Positions 9,918-19,257 of a stretch of 64,000 nt of DNA are shown here, one piece after another. The DNA is from Flavobacteriales bacterium UBA1531. GTDB lineage: Bacteria; Bacteroidota; Bacteroidia; Flavobacteriales_D; Sanyastnellaceae. The notes under the pieces are model-generated. The model worked only from the letters and a program-made list of their open reading frames with translations. It did not search any database and was not told the DNA's origin. Position 1 is the first letter of the stretch; every line of letters starts with the position of its first letter. The stretch spans positions 23,845-87,844 of the forward strand of contig DCPZ01000057.1 of NCBI GenBank assembly GCA_002323795.1, written 5' to 3'. A program made the translations under genes and the position numbers.

Positions 9918-10943
9918 TCAGTTACGCATTAAGAAGGTGAATCGTTCGATGTTTTTCAGCGCTATGGCTGTTCCTTTCGCTACGGCATGCAGGGGGTCTT
10001 CAGCGACATGCACGGGGAGTTTGGTGCGAGCCGAAATGCGTTTGTCCAATCCGCGCAAAAGAGCGCCTCCTCCGGCCAAATAGATTCCAGTGCTGTATAT
10101 ATCCGCGGAAAGTTCAGGCGGAGTTTGTTCCAAAGCGGAGTGAATAGCTTCTTCAATTTTGGAGATGCTCTTATCCAAAGCTTGTGCGATTTCGCTGTAA
10201 GAAACCAGGATTTCCTTCGGGATCCCCGTCATCAAGTCTCGACCGCGAACGGGGTAATCTTCTGGGGGGTTTTCCAATTCGGAAGTCGCCGCTCCAACTT
10301 CAATTTTGATTTGTTCGGCTGTTCTTTCGCCGATGAGAATATTGTGCTGTCTGCGCATATATTCTTCGATATCCGAGGTGAACTCATCACCGGCCACTCG
10401 AATATTTTTATCGGTTACGATCCCGCCCAGTGCGATTACTGCGATTTCGGAAGTTCCACCTCCAATATCAATGATCATATTGCCCATCGGCTCTTCAACA
10501 TCAATCCCGATTCCTATAGCTGCGGCCATGGGCTCATGGATGAGATAGACATCTTTGCCTCCTGCGTGTTCAGCGCTGTCTGCGACGGCACGTTTCTCCA
10601 CTTCGGTAATGCCAGATGGGATGCAAATCACCATTCGCAATGAAGGCGTGAACCAAGAGTTGCGCTGATTGATCATCTTGATCATCCCTTTGATCATTTC
10701 CTCAGCGGCCTGGAAATCTGCAATTACACCATCCTTAAGCGGCCTGATTGTCTCGATGTTTTTATGTGTCTTTCCATGCATTTGCTGAGCAAGTCGGCCA
10801 ATGGCCACGACTCGGCTGTTGCTTCGATCTTTGGCAACAATGCTAGGCTCATCAACAACGACTTTGTCTTCAAAATAGATGATCGTGTTGGCTGTACCGA
10901 GATCAATGGCGATCTCTTGCATGAAAAAATTGAACAATCCCAT
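9918..10943 (-). CDS. mreB: rod shape-determining protein MreB
   Basis: Actin-fold motifs IDLGTANT and DIGGGTSE, 341 aa. Confidence 0.95.
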   Translation of the reverse strand: MGLFNFFMQEIAIDLGTANTIIYFEDKVVVDEPSIVAKDRSNSRVVAIGRLAQQMHGKTHKNIETIRPLKDGVIADFQAAEEMIKGMIKMINQRNSWFTPSLRMVICIPSGITEVEKRAVADSAEHAGGKDVYLIHEPMAAAIGIGIDVEEPMGNMIIDIGGGTSEIAVIALGGIVTDKNIRVAGDEFTSDIEEYMRRQHNILIGERTAEQIKIEVGAATSELENPPEDYPVRGRDLMTGIPKEILVSYSEIAQALDKSISKIEEAIHSALEQTPPELSADIYSTGIYLAGGGALLRGLDKRISARTKLPVHVAEDPLHAVAKGTAIALKNIERFTFLMRN

Positions 10944-11088
10944 GGTCGGACTTGGCTAGGTGTGGAAGAACAACTGTGAACACTCAAATATAGGCAACCA
11001 TCACCGCGAATTCTATGCCCATGGTCAGAAAGTATGGCATCATTTTTATTGCCTTGAAACCAACTTATTTTTCCAGGTTACGGGCTTG

Positions 11089-12621
11089 CTAGTGACGGAA
11101 ATGTCGCACGCCGGTCATGTACATTGCCATACCGTTTTCATTGCAGTAATCGATGCTCAATTGATCTTTAACAGAGCCACCGGGTTGAATGACTGCTTCG
11201 ATTCCAGCTTCTTTGGCCAGAGCTACGCAATCAGGGAATGGGAAGAAGGCGTCTGAAGCCATGACGGCGCCATGCAAATCAAACCCAAAAGCTTGCGCTT
11301 TGACGACGGCCTGTTTCAGAGCATCCACTCGACTGGTTTGTCCTGTACCGCTTCCGAGCAGTTGGCCTTCTTTGGCGAACACAATGGTATTCGAACGGGT
11401 ATGCTTGGCCACTTTCATGGCAAAGACCAAATCATTGATCTTTTCGTCGCTGGCGGCGTGTTTCGTCGCGAGGTTTAAATCTTTTTTCGTTTCTGTCCGT
11501 TCGTCAGCTTGCTGAACGAGGTAACCATTTAAGACAGCTCGAACTGTTGTGGCTTGTGGCGCACAGGGTTTTTGAACGAGCAATATTCGATTCTTCTTTT
11601 GTTGCAAGATGGCCAGCGCATCTGGTTCGAAGGCAGGAGCAATTGCCACTTCAAAAAACAACTCATGCATAGCCTTTGCTGTTTCAGCATCGATGGATTT
11701 ATTGCAAATTAACACACCTCCAAATGCAGATATGGGATCACCAGCGAGGGCATCTTTCCAAGCTTCAGACACGGTGGGTCGAGTGGCAAGGCCACAGGCA
11801 TTGTTGTGTTTTAAAACGGCAAATGTTGGTTGGCTTCCTTGGAATTCTCGCATCAACTGAACAGCTGAGTCAATGTCTAACAGGTTATTATAAGACATGG
11901 GCTTGCCATGCAATTGTTCAAACAAAGCCGCAAGATCGCCGAAGAATTTGCCTTCTTGATGTGGGTTTTCTCCGTAACGCAGCGCTGTAGATTGGCGCTC
12001 TGATAAGTTGAGTTCACCTACCGTGCTGCCACCTTGCATCCATTCATGGATGCGTGTGTCGTAATGCGAGCTGATTCGAAAGGCTTGTGTAGCTAGGCTT
12101 TGACGTTCCTCACGTGTTGTGACACCTTCCCCATTTTGAAGCAAATCGAGAACAACGTCGTACTCTTCTTGGCTCGGGACGATGACCACATCTTCGAAGT
12201 TTTTCGCTGCTGCGCGAATCAGTGAGATGCCGCCAATGTCAATTTTCTCAATTACATCGCGATGCGAACCGCCTTCTTCAACGGTTTGCTCAAATGGGTA
12301 GAGATCTACAATTACTAGATCGATGTGCGGCAAATCGTATTCTTCCATGTGTGCTGCGTCAGCCTCAAAGTTTCTTCGGTTCAGAATTCCGCCAAAAACT
12401 TTGGGATGCAGCGTCTTTACTCGACCACCAAGGATGGATGGATAGTTTGTGATGTCCTCAACCGGAACAACATTAGCCCCCATTTTTTCGAGCGACCGCT
12501 GAGTTCCACCCGTCGAATAAATTGTGATGCCAAGCCTTTTCAGTTCAGCGACAATGGGCTCTAAGCCCTCCTTGTGAAAAACGGAAATAAGAGCGGATTG
12601 AATGCGACGAGGTGCGTTCAT
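11089..12621 (-). CDS. purH: bifunctional AICAR transformylase / IMP cyclohydrolase
   Basis: N-terminal MGS-like domain (ALISVFHKEGL, YSTGGT) plus a long AICARFT domain. I took the start at MNAPRRIQSALISV; the track ORF is 12 codons longer. Confidence 0.93.
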   Translation of the reverse strand: MNAPRRIQSALISVFHKEGLEPIVAELKRLGITIYSTGGTQRSLEKMGANVVPVEDITNYPSILGGRVKTLHPKVFGGILNRRNFEADAAHMEEYDLPHIDLVIVDLYPFEQTVEEGGSHRDVIEKIDIGGISLIRAAAKNFEDVVIVPSQEEYDVVLDLLQNGEGVTTREERQSLATQAFRISSHYDTRIHEWMQGGSTVGELNLSERQSTALRYGENPHQEGKFFGDLAALFEQLHGKPMSYNNLLDIDSAVQLMREFQGSQPTFAVLKHNNACGLATRPTVSEAWKDALAGDPISAFGGVLICNKSIDAETAKAMHELFFEVAIAPAFEPDALAILQQKKNRILLVQKPCAPQATTVRAVLNGYLVQQADERTETKKDLNLATKHAASDEKINDLVFAMKVAKHTRSNTIVFAKEGQLLGSGTGQTSRVDALKQAVVKAQAFGFDLHGAVMASDAFFPFPDCVALAKEAGIEAVIQPGGSVKDQLSIDYCNENGMAMYMTGVRHFRH

Positions 12622-12717
12622 GATGAGGCGGGTTTCAGGTGAATCGGTAAGTGCCAAAATTACAATTAAACCTTAAACCATGGCGCGTTTCATGGCCTCG
12701 GAATTAGCTTTGTTGAC

Positions 12718-13959
12718 ATGTTGTGGTTACGCCTCCTTGGAGAAAGTTTTGCATTTGCTTGGTCAGCCATTGTGACCAACCGTTTGCGCACATTTTTGTC
12801 TCTGCTTGGTGTCATGGTTGGAATCTTCATGATCACGGCAGTTTTTGCAGTCGTTGATTCTTTAGAAGACGGATTGAAAAGCACCTTCAATATTTTGGAT
12901 GACGAAGTTCTCTTCATTCAAAAATGGCCGTGGACATTTGGAGAAGACTATCCGTGGTGGAAATATGTGCAACGCCGGGAGGTGAGCTTGAGTGATATGG
13001 ATATGCTGGCAGATCGTTTGGAGTTGGCTCAAGCTGTGGTCTTTCAAGCAAAGGCAGGTCTTCCGCTGGAATCTCAGAATAGCCGCATGGAAGTTGTTGG
13101 AGTAGCTGCTGTCTCGGACGGCTACGAAGATGTGATCGCCTTGGACATTGCAAAAGGACGATATTTTTCTCCCATGGAGGTGGCCGCTGGTCGCAGCGTT
13201 GCTGTCGTTGGACATGATGTGGCTATGGAATTAACAGGCAAGGATGATCCACTGGGCGAATCCATTGAGACTAGGGGCCAGCGCATGGATATCGTTGGCG
13301 TGTTTGCAAAACAAGGCGCTTCTATGATCAACGATGGATTTGATCGAGCCATTGTTATTCCGGCCAAATTTGGTCATCGTATCATGGGTTATGGGGAGGG
13401 AACTCAGATCATGGTAAAGCCGAAGGAGGGGGTCACCACGGAAGAACTATCGGATGAAATTGTGCAGCAATTTCGATCCGTCCGACGGCTCCGGCCAAAG
13501 GAAGATGAAGACTTTTCGATCAATCAAATCGGAATGCTTACGACGATTTTGGATTCCATTTTTCAGCAAGTAGAGTATGGAGGGTGGTTCATTGGCATCT
13601 TTGCCATTCTCGTAGGATGTTTCAGCGTTGCCAACATCATGTTCGTTAGCGTTCGCGAACGAACGAAAATCATCGGCATTCAGAAAGCCATAGGAGCCAA
13701 ATCAACCTTTATTTTGATGCAGTTTTTGTTCGAGGCCGTTGCGTTGTGTGTAATCGGCGCCTTGTGCGCTTTGCTGGCAATTGAGGGCATTGTGGCACTT
13801 GTCAATGCGATTGACATTGGTTTTGTCATGGTTGTACGCCCCTCTCGAATTGTCATTGCTTTGATTGTCGCGGTCACTTCGGGCTTGCTTGCGGGGCTTG
13901 CTCCGGCGCGGAAAGCGGCACGCATGGAGCCGGTCGAGGCGATGCGCTCAAACGGCTGA
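12718..13959 (+). CDS. ABC transporter permease, MacB/FtsX family
   Basis: N-terminal TM (NRLRTFLSLLGVMVGI), a large periplasmic domain and a C-terminal 3-TM FtsX-type module. No ATPase gene is adjacent. Confidence 0.8.
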   Translation: MLWLRLLGESFAFAWSAIVTNRLRTFLSLLGVMVGIFMITAVFAVVDSLEDGLKSTFNILDDEVLFIQKWPWTFGEDYPWWKYVQRREVSLSDMDMLADRLELAQAVVFQAKAGLPLESQNSRMEVVGVAAVSDGYEDVIALDIAKGRYFSPMEVAAGRSVAVVGHDVAMELTGKDDPLGESIETRGQRMDIVGVFAKQGASMINDGFDRAIVIPAKFGHRIMGYGEGTQIMVKPKEGVTTEELSDEIVQQFRSVRRLRPKEDEDFSINQIGMLTTILDSIFQQVEYGGWFIGIFAILVGCFSVANIMFVSVRERTKIIGIQKAIGAKSTFILMQFLFEAVALCVIGALCALLAIEGIVALVNAIDIGFVMVVRPSRIVIALIVAVTSGLLAGLAPARKAARMEPVEAMRSNG

Positions 13960-13993
13960 GTATGCATCAAAATCAAAGTTTTTAAATTTGAGC

Positions 13994-14851
13994 ATGCGAA
14001 AGGTATTGATCACGGGAGCGAATGGACAACTCGGTTCGCGGTTAAGCGAGATTACCTTGTCCAACGGGGATGTTGTCGTTGTGTGTGATCGAGAAAGATT
14101 GGACATTACAGATTCGGCATCCATTGAACGGGCGATGTCGGAGCACAATCCACATGTTGTGATTAATGCGGCTGCATACACGGCTGTTGACGGAGCAGAG
14201 GAAGAGGCAGATCTGGCACATGCGGTCAATGCAATTGGTGCAGGACAACTTGCTCGCACATGCGCTGACAGCGGTATTGACTTGATTCATGTGAGCACCG
14301 ATTATGTGTTCGCGGGCAATCAGAATGAGCCATATCGTACCGATGCTGAGCCAGCACCAACGGGCGTTTATGGCCATTCTAAATGGAGGGGTGAAAAAGC
14401 GATTGAAACGGCGTTTGCAACCGCAGCGCGAAGCAATGCATGGATTTTTCGAGTGGCTTGGCTTTATGATTCAAGAGGGAGAAATTTCGCTCAGACCATG
14501 CTTCGGCTCGGCGCATCGGGTAAGGCATTGAAGATTGTAAACGATCAGTTGGGAGCCCCCACAGCGGCAGGGCCTTTCGCGGAACTTTTAATGGAGGTTG
14601 CACAAAATCCAAAATTGCTGAGGCCTCAGACGTGGCATTACGGTACCCTTGGACCTGCTACATGGTACGATTTTGCCCGAGCTATTTTTGCACATAAAGA
14701 AATGGTTGTAGATGCAATTCCATGCACAACGGATGCGTATCCAACGCCTGCCCAACGTCCGGCATATTCCTATTTGGATCCTTACCCTTTGATGCAAGCT
14801 CTTGGGAGGAATCCAGAGCATTGGAAAGATCAATTGCAGCGAGTGCTTTAA
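13994..14851 (+). CDS. rfbD: dTDP-4-dehydrorhamnose reductase (RmlD family)
   Basis: Rossmann N-terminus MRKVLITGANGQLGS and STDYVF. I trimmed the start from the track ORF, which overlapped the upstream permease. Confidence 0.85.
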   Translation: MRKVLITGANGQLGSRLSEITLSNGDVVVVCDRERLDITDSASIERAMSEHNPHVVINAAAYTAVDGAEEEADLAHAVNAIGAGQLARTCADSGIDLIHVSTDYVFAGNQNEPYRTDAEPAPTGVYGHSKWRGEKAIETAFATAARSNAWIFRVAWLYDSRGRNFAQTMLRLGASGKALKIVNDQLGAPTAAGPFAELLMEVAQNPKLLRPQTWHYGTLGPATWYDFARAIFAHKEMVVDAIPCTTDAYPTPAQRPAYSYLDPYPLMQALGRNPEHWKDQLQRVL

Positions 14852-14862
14852 ACCAATTAAAA

Positions 14863-16629
14863 ATGAACGGAGAAGAACTGAAAAGGTTGGCAAACCAGCG
14901 AGCTGCGGCTTGGACTGCGGAGCCTTACGACGAGGAGACTCGATCCCAAGTGCAGAGCATGATTGTGGCTGACGGAGATGAACTCGTTGAATCGTTTTAT
15001 ACGGATTTGGAGTTTGGAACCGGAGGATTGCGAGGTCTGATGGGCCCGGGCACGAACCGTATGAATAAATATACCGTTGCTCAGGCCACGCAGGGATTGG
15101 CGCAATATATTTTGAAGGCGCAACCTCAAGATGCTCGGGTTGCCATTGCTCATGATTCCAGAAACGGAAGTCCTGATTACGCGCGTGTCGCGGCAGAAGT
15201 TTTGGCAGGGAATGGCATCGAAGTGCATTTATTCCCTGCCTTACGGCCGACCCCACAGCTATCGTTCACGGTGCGTCATTTGGAGTGTACATCAGGAATC
15301 GTAATCACCGCGAGTCACAATCCAAAGGAATACAATGGCTACAAAGTCTACTGGAACGACGGGGGTCAGATTGTGCCTCCTCATGACCATGGAATCATCG
15401 CGGAAGTGAGGGGTGTTCAAGGACCGAATGCTGTGAAGTGGGGCCGGGATGAATCGTCTCAAGAACGAATCAAGATGACGACCTCCGAAACGGACGATGC
15501 CTACTTTCAGACGGTTACTGATTTGCGAATGGATCGCGATTTGATTGAAAAGGGTTCCGATTTGCCAATTGTCTATACTCCATTGCATGGAACAGGATCG
15601 ATTTCGGTCATCCCAGCATTGGCTAAAGCAGGTTTTCGGAATGTCCACATCGTGGAAAGTCAGCGAGAACCCGATGGAGACTTCCCAACGGTTCACAGCC
15701 CCAACCCGGAGGAAGGTGCAGCGCTATCTGCGGCAATTGATTTAGCCAAAGAAGTCAATGCTCAACTTGTTTTGGGAACCGATCCAGATTCCGATCGCGT
15801 CGGAATCGCAGTTCCGGATGCAAAAGCTGATGGCGGCTGGCGTTTGCTCAATGGCAACGAGACTGGTGCCTTGTTGGTCGATTATGTGGTCAGTGGACGC
15901 GCTGCAAATGGAACCCTGCAACCGGGTGTTGATTTTGTTGCGAAGACCATTGTCACATCAGATTTGATGACTGAAATTGGAAAGGCAGCGGGATTGGATG
16001 TGATCGAGACGTTGACCGGTTTCAAGTGGATTGCTGCTGCCATTCGTGAGCAGGAGGGCAAGGGGAAATTCGTCGTCGGAGGAGAGGAGAGCTATGGATA
16101 CATGATCGGCGATGCGGTGCGCGACAAAGATGCAGTGGCTGCCGCATGTATGATTTGTGAGATGGCACATGCTGCCCAGCGCGAAGGCTTAGACATGCTG
16201 GGGCGTTTGGAGCGTATTCATCGCACACATGGAGCGTATCTCGAGGCGTTGGTGTCCCAAACGAAGCAAGGCCGTGCTGGTAAGGAAAAGATTGCCCAAC
16301 AAATGGAAACTTTTCGTTCGAATCCGCCAGCCCAATTGGGCGGTGAACGGGTAGTGGAATTGCGCGATTACCACGTGCAAACCCGAACGGTTTTGACGGA
16401 TGGAACATCTCATGGCATGGATTTTCCGCCTTCCAATGTGATTCAAATGGTCACAGAACGAGGTTCGATTGTGACTGCTCGACCAAGCGGTACCGAGCCT
16501 AAAATTAAATTCTATTTTTCGGTTCGAATGGATAAATCTGAACTAGCTGAGGCTGTGGATTATGAGGCTGCAATGCAAGTCCTCGAGCATCGCATTCAGG
16601 ATTTGAAAGGGTCTTTGGGTGTGAGTTGA
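14863..16629 (+). CDS. phospho-sugar mutase (phosphoglucomutase/phosphomannomutase family)
   Basis: Active-site phosphoserine loop ITASHNPKEYNGYK and metal loop GTDPDSDR. I took the start at MNGEELKRL. Confidence 0.9.
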   Translation: MNGEELKRLANQRAAAWTAEPYDEETRSQVQSMIVADGDELVESFYTDLEFGTGGLRGLMGPGTNRMNKYTVAQATQGLAQYILKAQPQDARVAIAHDSRNGSPDYARVAAEVLAGNGIEVHLFPALRPTPQLSFTVRHLECTSGIVITASHNPKEYNGYKVYWNDGGQIVPPHDHGIIAEVRGVQGPNAVKWGRDESSQERIKMTTSETDDAYFQTVTDLRMDRDLIEKGSDLPIVYTPLHGTGSISVIPALAKAGFRNVHIVESQREPDGDFPTVHSPNPEEGAALSAAIDLAKEVNAQLVLGTDPDSDRVGIAVPDAKADGGWRLLNGNETGALLVDYVVSGRAANGTLQPGVDFVAKTIVTSDLMTEIGKAAGLDVIETLTGFKWIAAAIREQEGKGKFVVGGEESYGYMIGDAVRDKDAVAAACMICEMAHAAQREGLDMLGRLERIHRTHGAYLEALVSQTKQGRAGKEKIAQQMETFRSNPPAQLGGERVVELRDYHVQTRTVLTDGTSHGMDFPPSNVIQMVTERGSIVTARPSGTEPKIKFYFSVRMDKSELAEAVDYEAAMQVLEHRIQDLKGSLGVS

Positions 16630-16634
16630 GCCGC

Positions 16635-17231
16635 TTAAGGCGCGACACTTTCCAAACGCTCAATTCCCTCTTCAACCTTGTCTTGAATATGTTCAACGCC
16701 ATCCTGCATGTGATCTCGGATCTCGTCCCATGGAGTCGATCGATTCATCTCGGGGATGATCCATTCGACAGCCGTTTCAATGTGCGGATATAAAAGGGAT
16801 TCGTCAGCGGCATTTCCTGGAAGCCATGCGCGCGCGCCGAAAACACCATCTAGCGCGAACGTCACGATGGACAATAGCAGGACCATCTGTGACGCACCCA
16901 AAGCCATCCCTGCTAATTTGTTGAACAATCCGAGGGCGGTAAGATCAACCATTTTCTCAATGATTTTGGCAAGCAAATGCACGCCAATTACGACAAGAAT
17001 GAAGGTCAGGATGAAAGCCGTCAACTGCACACTTGTATCCGACCAATCAACTTCACGACTGAGCCATTTCGCCAATCCTTCTGATCCATGGAAACCGGCG
17101 AAAGTGCCGGCAATGAGAGCAATAAGGGACGCAATTTTCACGATGAACCCTTTTTGAAATCCTCGGAATAAGGCCCAGGCCAAAGCAATGCCAATGATGG
17201 CGTCCAATGCACCGATGTCGCTTGCAGTCAT
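16635..17231 (-). CDS. CvpA family membrane protein
   Basis: N-terminus ALDAIIGIALAWALFRGFQKGFIVKIASLIALIAG is typical of CvpA. I took the start at MTASDIG. Confidence 0.7.
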   Translation of the reverse strand: MTASDIGALDAIIGIALAWALFRGFQKGFIVKIASLIALIAGTFAGFHGSEGLAKWLSREVDWSDTSVQLTAFILTFILVVIGVHLLAKIIEKMVDLTALGLFNKLAGMALGASQMVLLLSIVTFALDGVFGARAWLPGNAADESLLYPHIETAVEWIIPEMNRSTPWDEIRDHMQDGVEHIQDKVEEGIERLESVAP

Positions 17232-17273
17232 GATTCGAATGTAAGGACTGGACTGCTGCTTACCTTTGTTCCT

Positions 17274-17762
17274 ATGCAATTTTCTAAGCGACCTCTTGTT
17301 CGTCAGGCTTCACCCGAGGACATGCCTGCTGTGCACGCACTCATTGTTGAACTAGCCATTTATGAGCGTGCAGGTGATGAGGTAGAAACAACGGTGGCAC
17401 AATTGATCCAAGATGGCTTTGGACCTGAGCGCATTTTTGAACTATTCGTGGCAGAGTCAGAAGGAGCGATTGTGGGCATGGCTTTGTGGTACACCAAGTA
17501 CAGCACATGGAAAGGAAAGTGCGGCTTTTTGGAAGATCTAGTTGTTCGAGATTCATTCCGAGACAAAGGCATTGGCAGGGCTCTTTTTGAAGCGGTTGCA
17601 AGTGAATGCGCTCAGCGGAACTTTGGTCGAATGGAGTGGCAGGTTTTGGACTGGAACGAGCCAGCGATTGGCTTCTACAAAAGATTGGGAGCGGAACTTG
17701 ACCCTGAGTGGCTCAATGGAAAGTTTACGAGGGACGGACTGGAGCAGTTCGCCAGAAAATAA
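17274..17762 (+). CDS. GNAT family N-acetyltransferase
   Basis: Acetyl-CoA binding block VRDSFRDKGIGRALFEAV, 162 aa. Confidence 0.8.
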   Translation: MQFSKRPLVRQASPEDMPAVHALIVELAIYERAGDEVETTVAQLIQDGFGPERIFELFVAESEGAIVGMALWYTKYSTWKGKCGFLEDLVVRDSFRDKGIGRALFEAVASECAQRNFGRMEWQVLDWNEPAIGFYKRLGAELDPEWLNGKFTRDGLEQFARK

Positions 17763-17793
17763 CACGCACAAAAAATTGTGGGCTAGCCGACGG

Positions 17794-18015
17794 CTAGTAT
17801 TCGTCTTCGTTGAAGAAGAAGTCTTCCTTGCTCGGATAATCTGGCCAGATGTCTTCGATGGTTTCAAAGGCGTCACCTTCGTCTTCTAGCTGCTGCAAAT
17901 TTTCGACTACTTCCAAGGGAGCACCGGTACGCATCGCGAAGTCAATTAATTCGTCTTTGGTTGCAGGCCAAGGCGCGTCTTCTAAATAGGATGCCAATTC
18001 GAGTGTCCAATACAT
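17794..18015 (-). CDS. DUF2795-like small acidic protein
   Basis: 73 aa. The sequence MYWTLELASYLEDAPWPATKDELIDFAMRTGAPLEVVENL resembles the DUF2795 family common in Bacteroidota. Confidence 0.65.
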   Translation of the reverse strand: MYWTLELASYLEDAPWPATKDELIDFAMRTGAPLEVVENLQQLEDEGDAFETIEDIWPDYPSKEDFFFNEDEY

Positions 18016-18115
18016 ACTAGTGCTCTTCAGCGCGCAAAAATAGAAGAATCGGGATGAGATGCAAGAAAACTGAGCTCAATCGACAAAAAAAGATGGAATT
18101 GCAGTGGTAAAGCCG

Positions 18116-18673
18116 TCAATTCTCAGATTTCCAGGGGATTTCATCAACATTCAGGGCTGTGTGAAGCTGTCGACTCCACATGAAAAAGACATCGCTCAGG
18201 CGATTGAGGTAAGGTAGGATGCCTTCGGGAACCTCAGCATCACGTGCCAAAGTGATCACTCTCCTCTCTGCTCGACGACACGTTACGCGACAGATGTGGC
18301 ACGCTGAAATTGCAGGATGACCGCCGGGTAACAGGAAGTTTTTGAGGTCTGGTAGTGATTGATTGACCGTATCCATCCAGTCTTCCATTTCTTGAATTCG
18401 CCCAACCGGTATTGCAGGGAGATGCTTGACCATTGCCTCGTCGGTGGTGGCGAGATGACTCCCCAACGTAAAGACATCGGATTGCAGTTTTTGAAGCCAT
18501 GTCACACCGGAGGCATCGTTGATGAATCCATCGCTTGAACACAATGCGCCCATCGCGGCATTGAGTTCATCAAGGGTTCCATACGCCTCAATGCGCATAT
18601 CATCTTTATTCAGACGTTGCCCTCCAAAAAGGGAAGTCGTACCATCATCTCCAGTGCGGGTGTATATGCGCAT
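18116..18673 (-). CDS. ATP:cob(I)alamin adenosyltransferase, PduO type
   Basis: N-terminus MRIYTRTGDDGTTSLFGG is diagnostic for the family, 185 aa. Confidence 0.85.
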   Translation of the reverse strand: MRIYTRTGDDGTTSLFGGQRLNKDDMRIEAYGTLDELNAAMGALCSSDGFINDASGVTWLQKLQSDVFTLGSHLATTDEAMVKHLPAIPVGRIQEMEDWMDTVNQSLPDLKNFLLPGGHPAISACHICRVTCRRAERRVITLARDAEVPEGILPYLNRLSDVFFMWSRQLHTALNVDEIPWKSEN

Positions 18674-18795
18674 TTATCAATCTTTCTGTTCTGCAAGCTA
18701 CGAACCCCACCTCAGAAGCCTAACTTTGGGGGTTCGAGTCGTGCTGGTACATGATTCAACAGCTGAGAAAGGAGAAAGATCATTTTTCGAATACG

Positions 18796-19233
18796 ATGAA
18801 CGACAAGGAATTGAAGCAAAAACGGTACGACGAGGCGTATATGCGGATGGCCACTGAATGGGCGCAACTTTCGCATTGCGTGCGCAAGCAAGTAGGCGCG
18901 CTCATTGTGAAGGATCGCATGATCATCGCCGATGGCTTCAATGGCACACCAAGTGGGTTTCCGAACGTTTGCGAAAACGATGACGGGGAAACTCATTGGT
19001 ACGTGCTTCATGCTGAGGCCAATGCAATCACCAAGTTGGCTCGATCAAACAACAGTGCTGTTGGCTCTACGTTGTATATCACCCTCTCGCCCTGTCGGGA
19101 ATGTGCGAAATTGATTCACCAAGCAGGAATTAGCAGGTTGGTCTATCGCAACGAATACAAGGATTCCCAAGGATTAGAATTTTTACGCCAGGCTGGGGTA
19201 GAATTGGTTCACCTCGAACAACCTGAAATATAA
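18796..19233 (+). CDS. dCMP deaminase (ComEB family)
   Basis: Zinc motifs HAEANAI and PCRECAKLI. I took the start at MNDKELKQKRYDEAYM. Confidence 0.85.
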   Translation: MNDKELKQKRYDEAYMRMATEWAQLSHCVRKQVGALIVKDRMIIADGFNGTPSGFPNVCENDDGETHWYVLHAEANAITKLARSNNSAVGSTLYITLSPCRECAKLIHQAGISRLVYRNEYKDSQGLEFLRQAGVELVHLEQPEI

Positions 19234-19257
19234 ATTGGTTACAAACAGCACCAAGCC

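Noticed and set aside
9987-10643. 218-aa ORF antisense to mreB
   Set aside because: It lies entirely inside the strongly supported mreB CDS on the opposite strand. Its low-complexity, Ser/Phe/Cys-rich translation has no motifs. This is a typical shadow ORF.
14588-15256. 222-aa ORF antisense to the rfbD / phospho-sugar mutase junction
   Set aside because: It overlaps two well-supported plus-strand genes. The translation is Arg/Pro/Ser-rich and unprotein-like, so it is a shadow ORF.
17783-17797. ctagcc-gac-ggctag hairpin between the GNAT and DUF2795 genes
   Set aside because: It has a 3-nt loop and a 6-bp stem with no T-tract, and it overlaps the DUF2795 stop codon. It is probably fortuitous.
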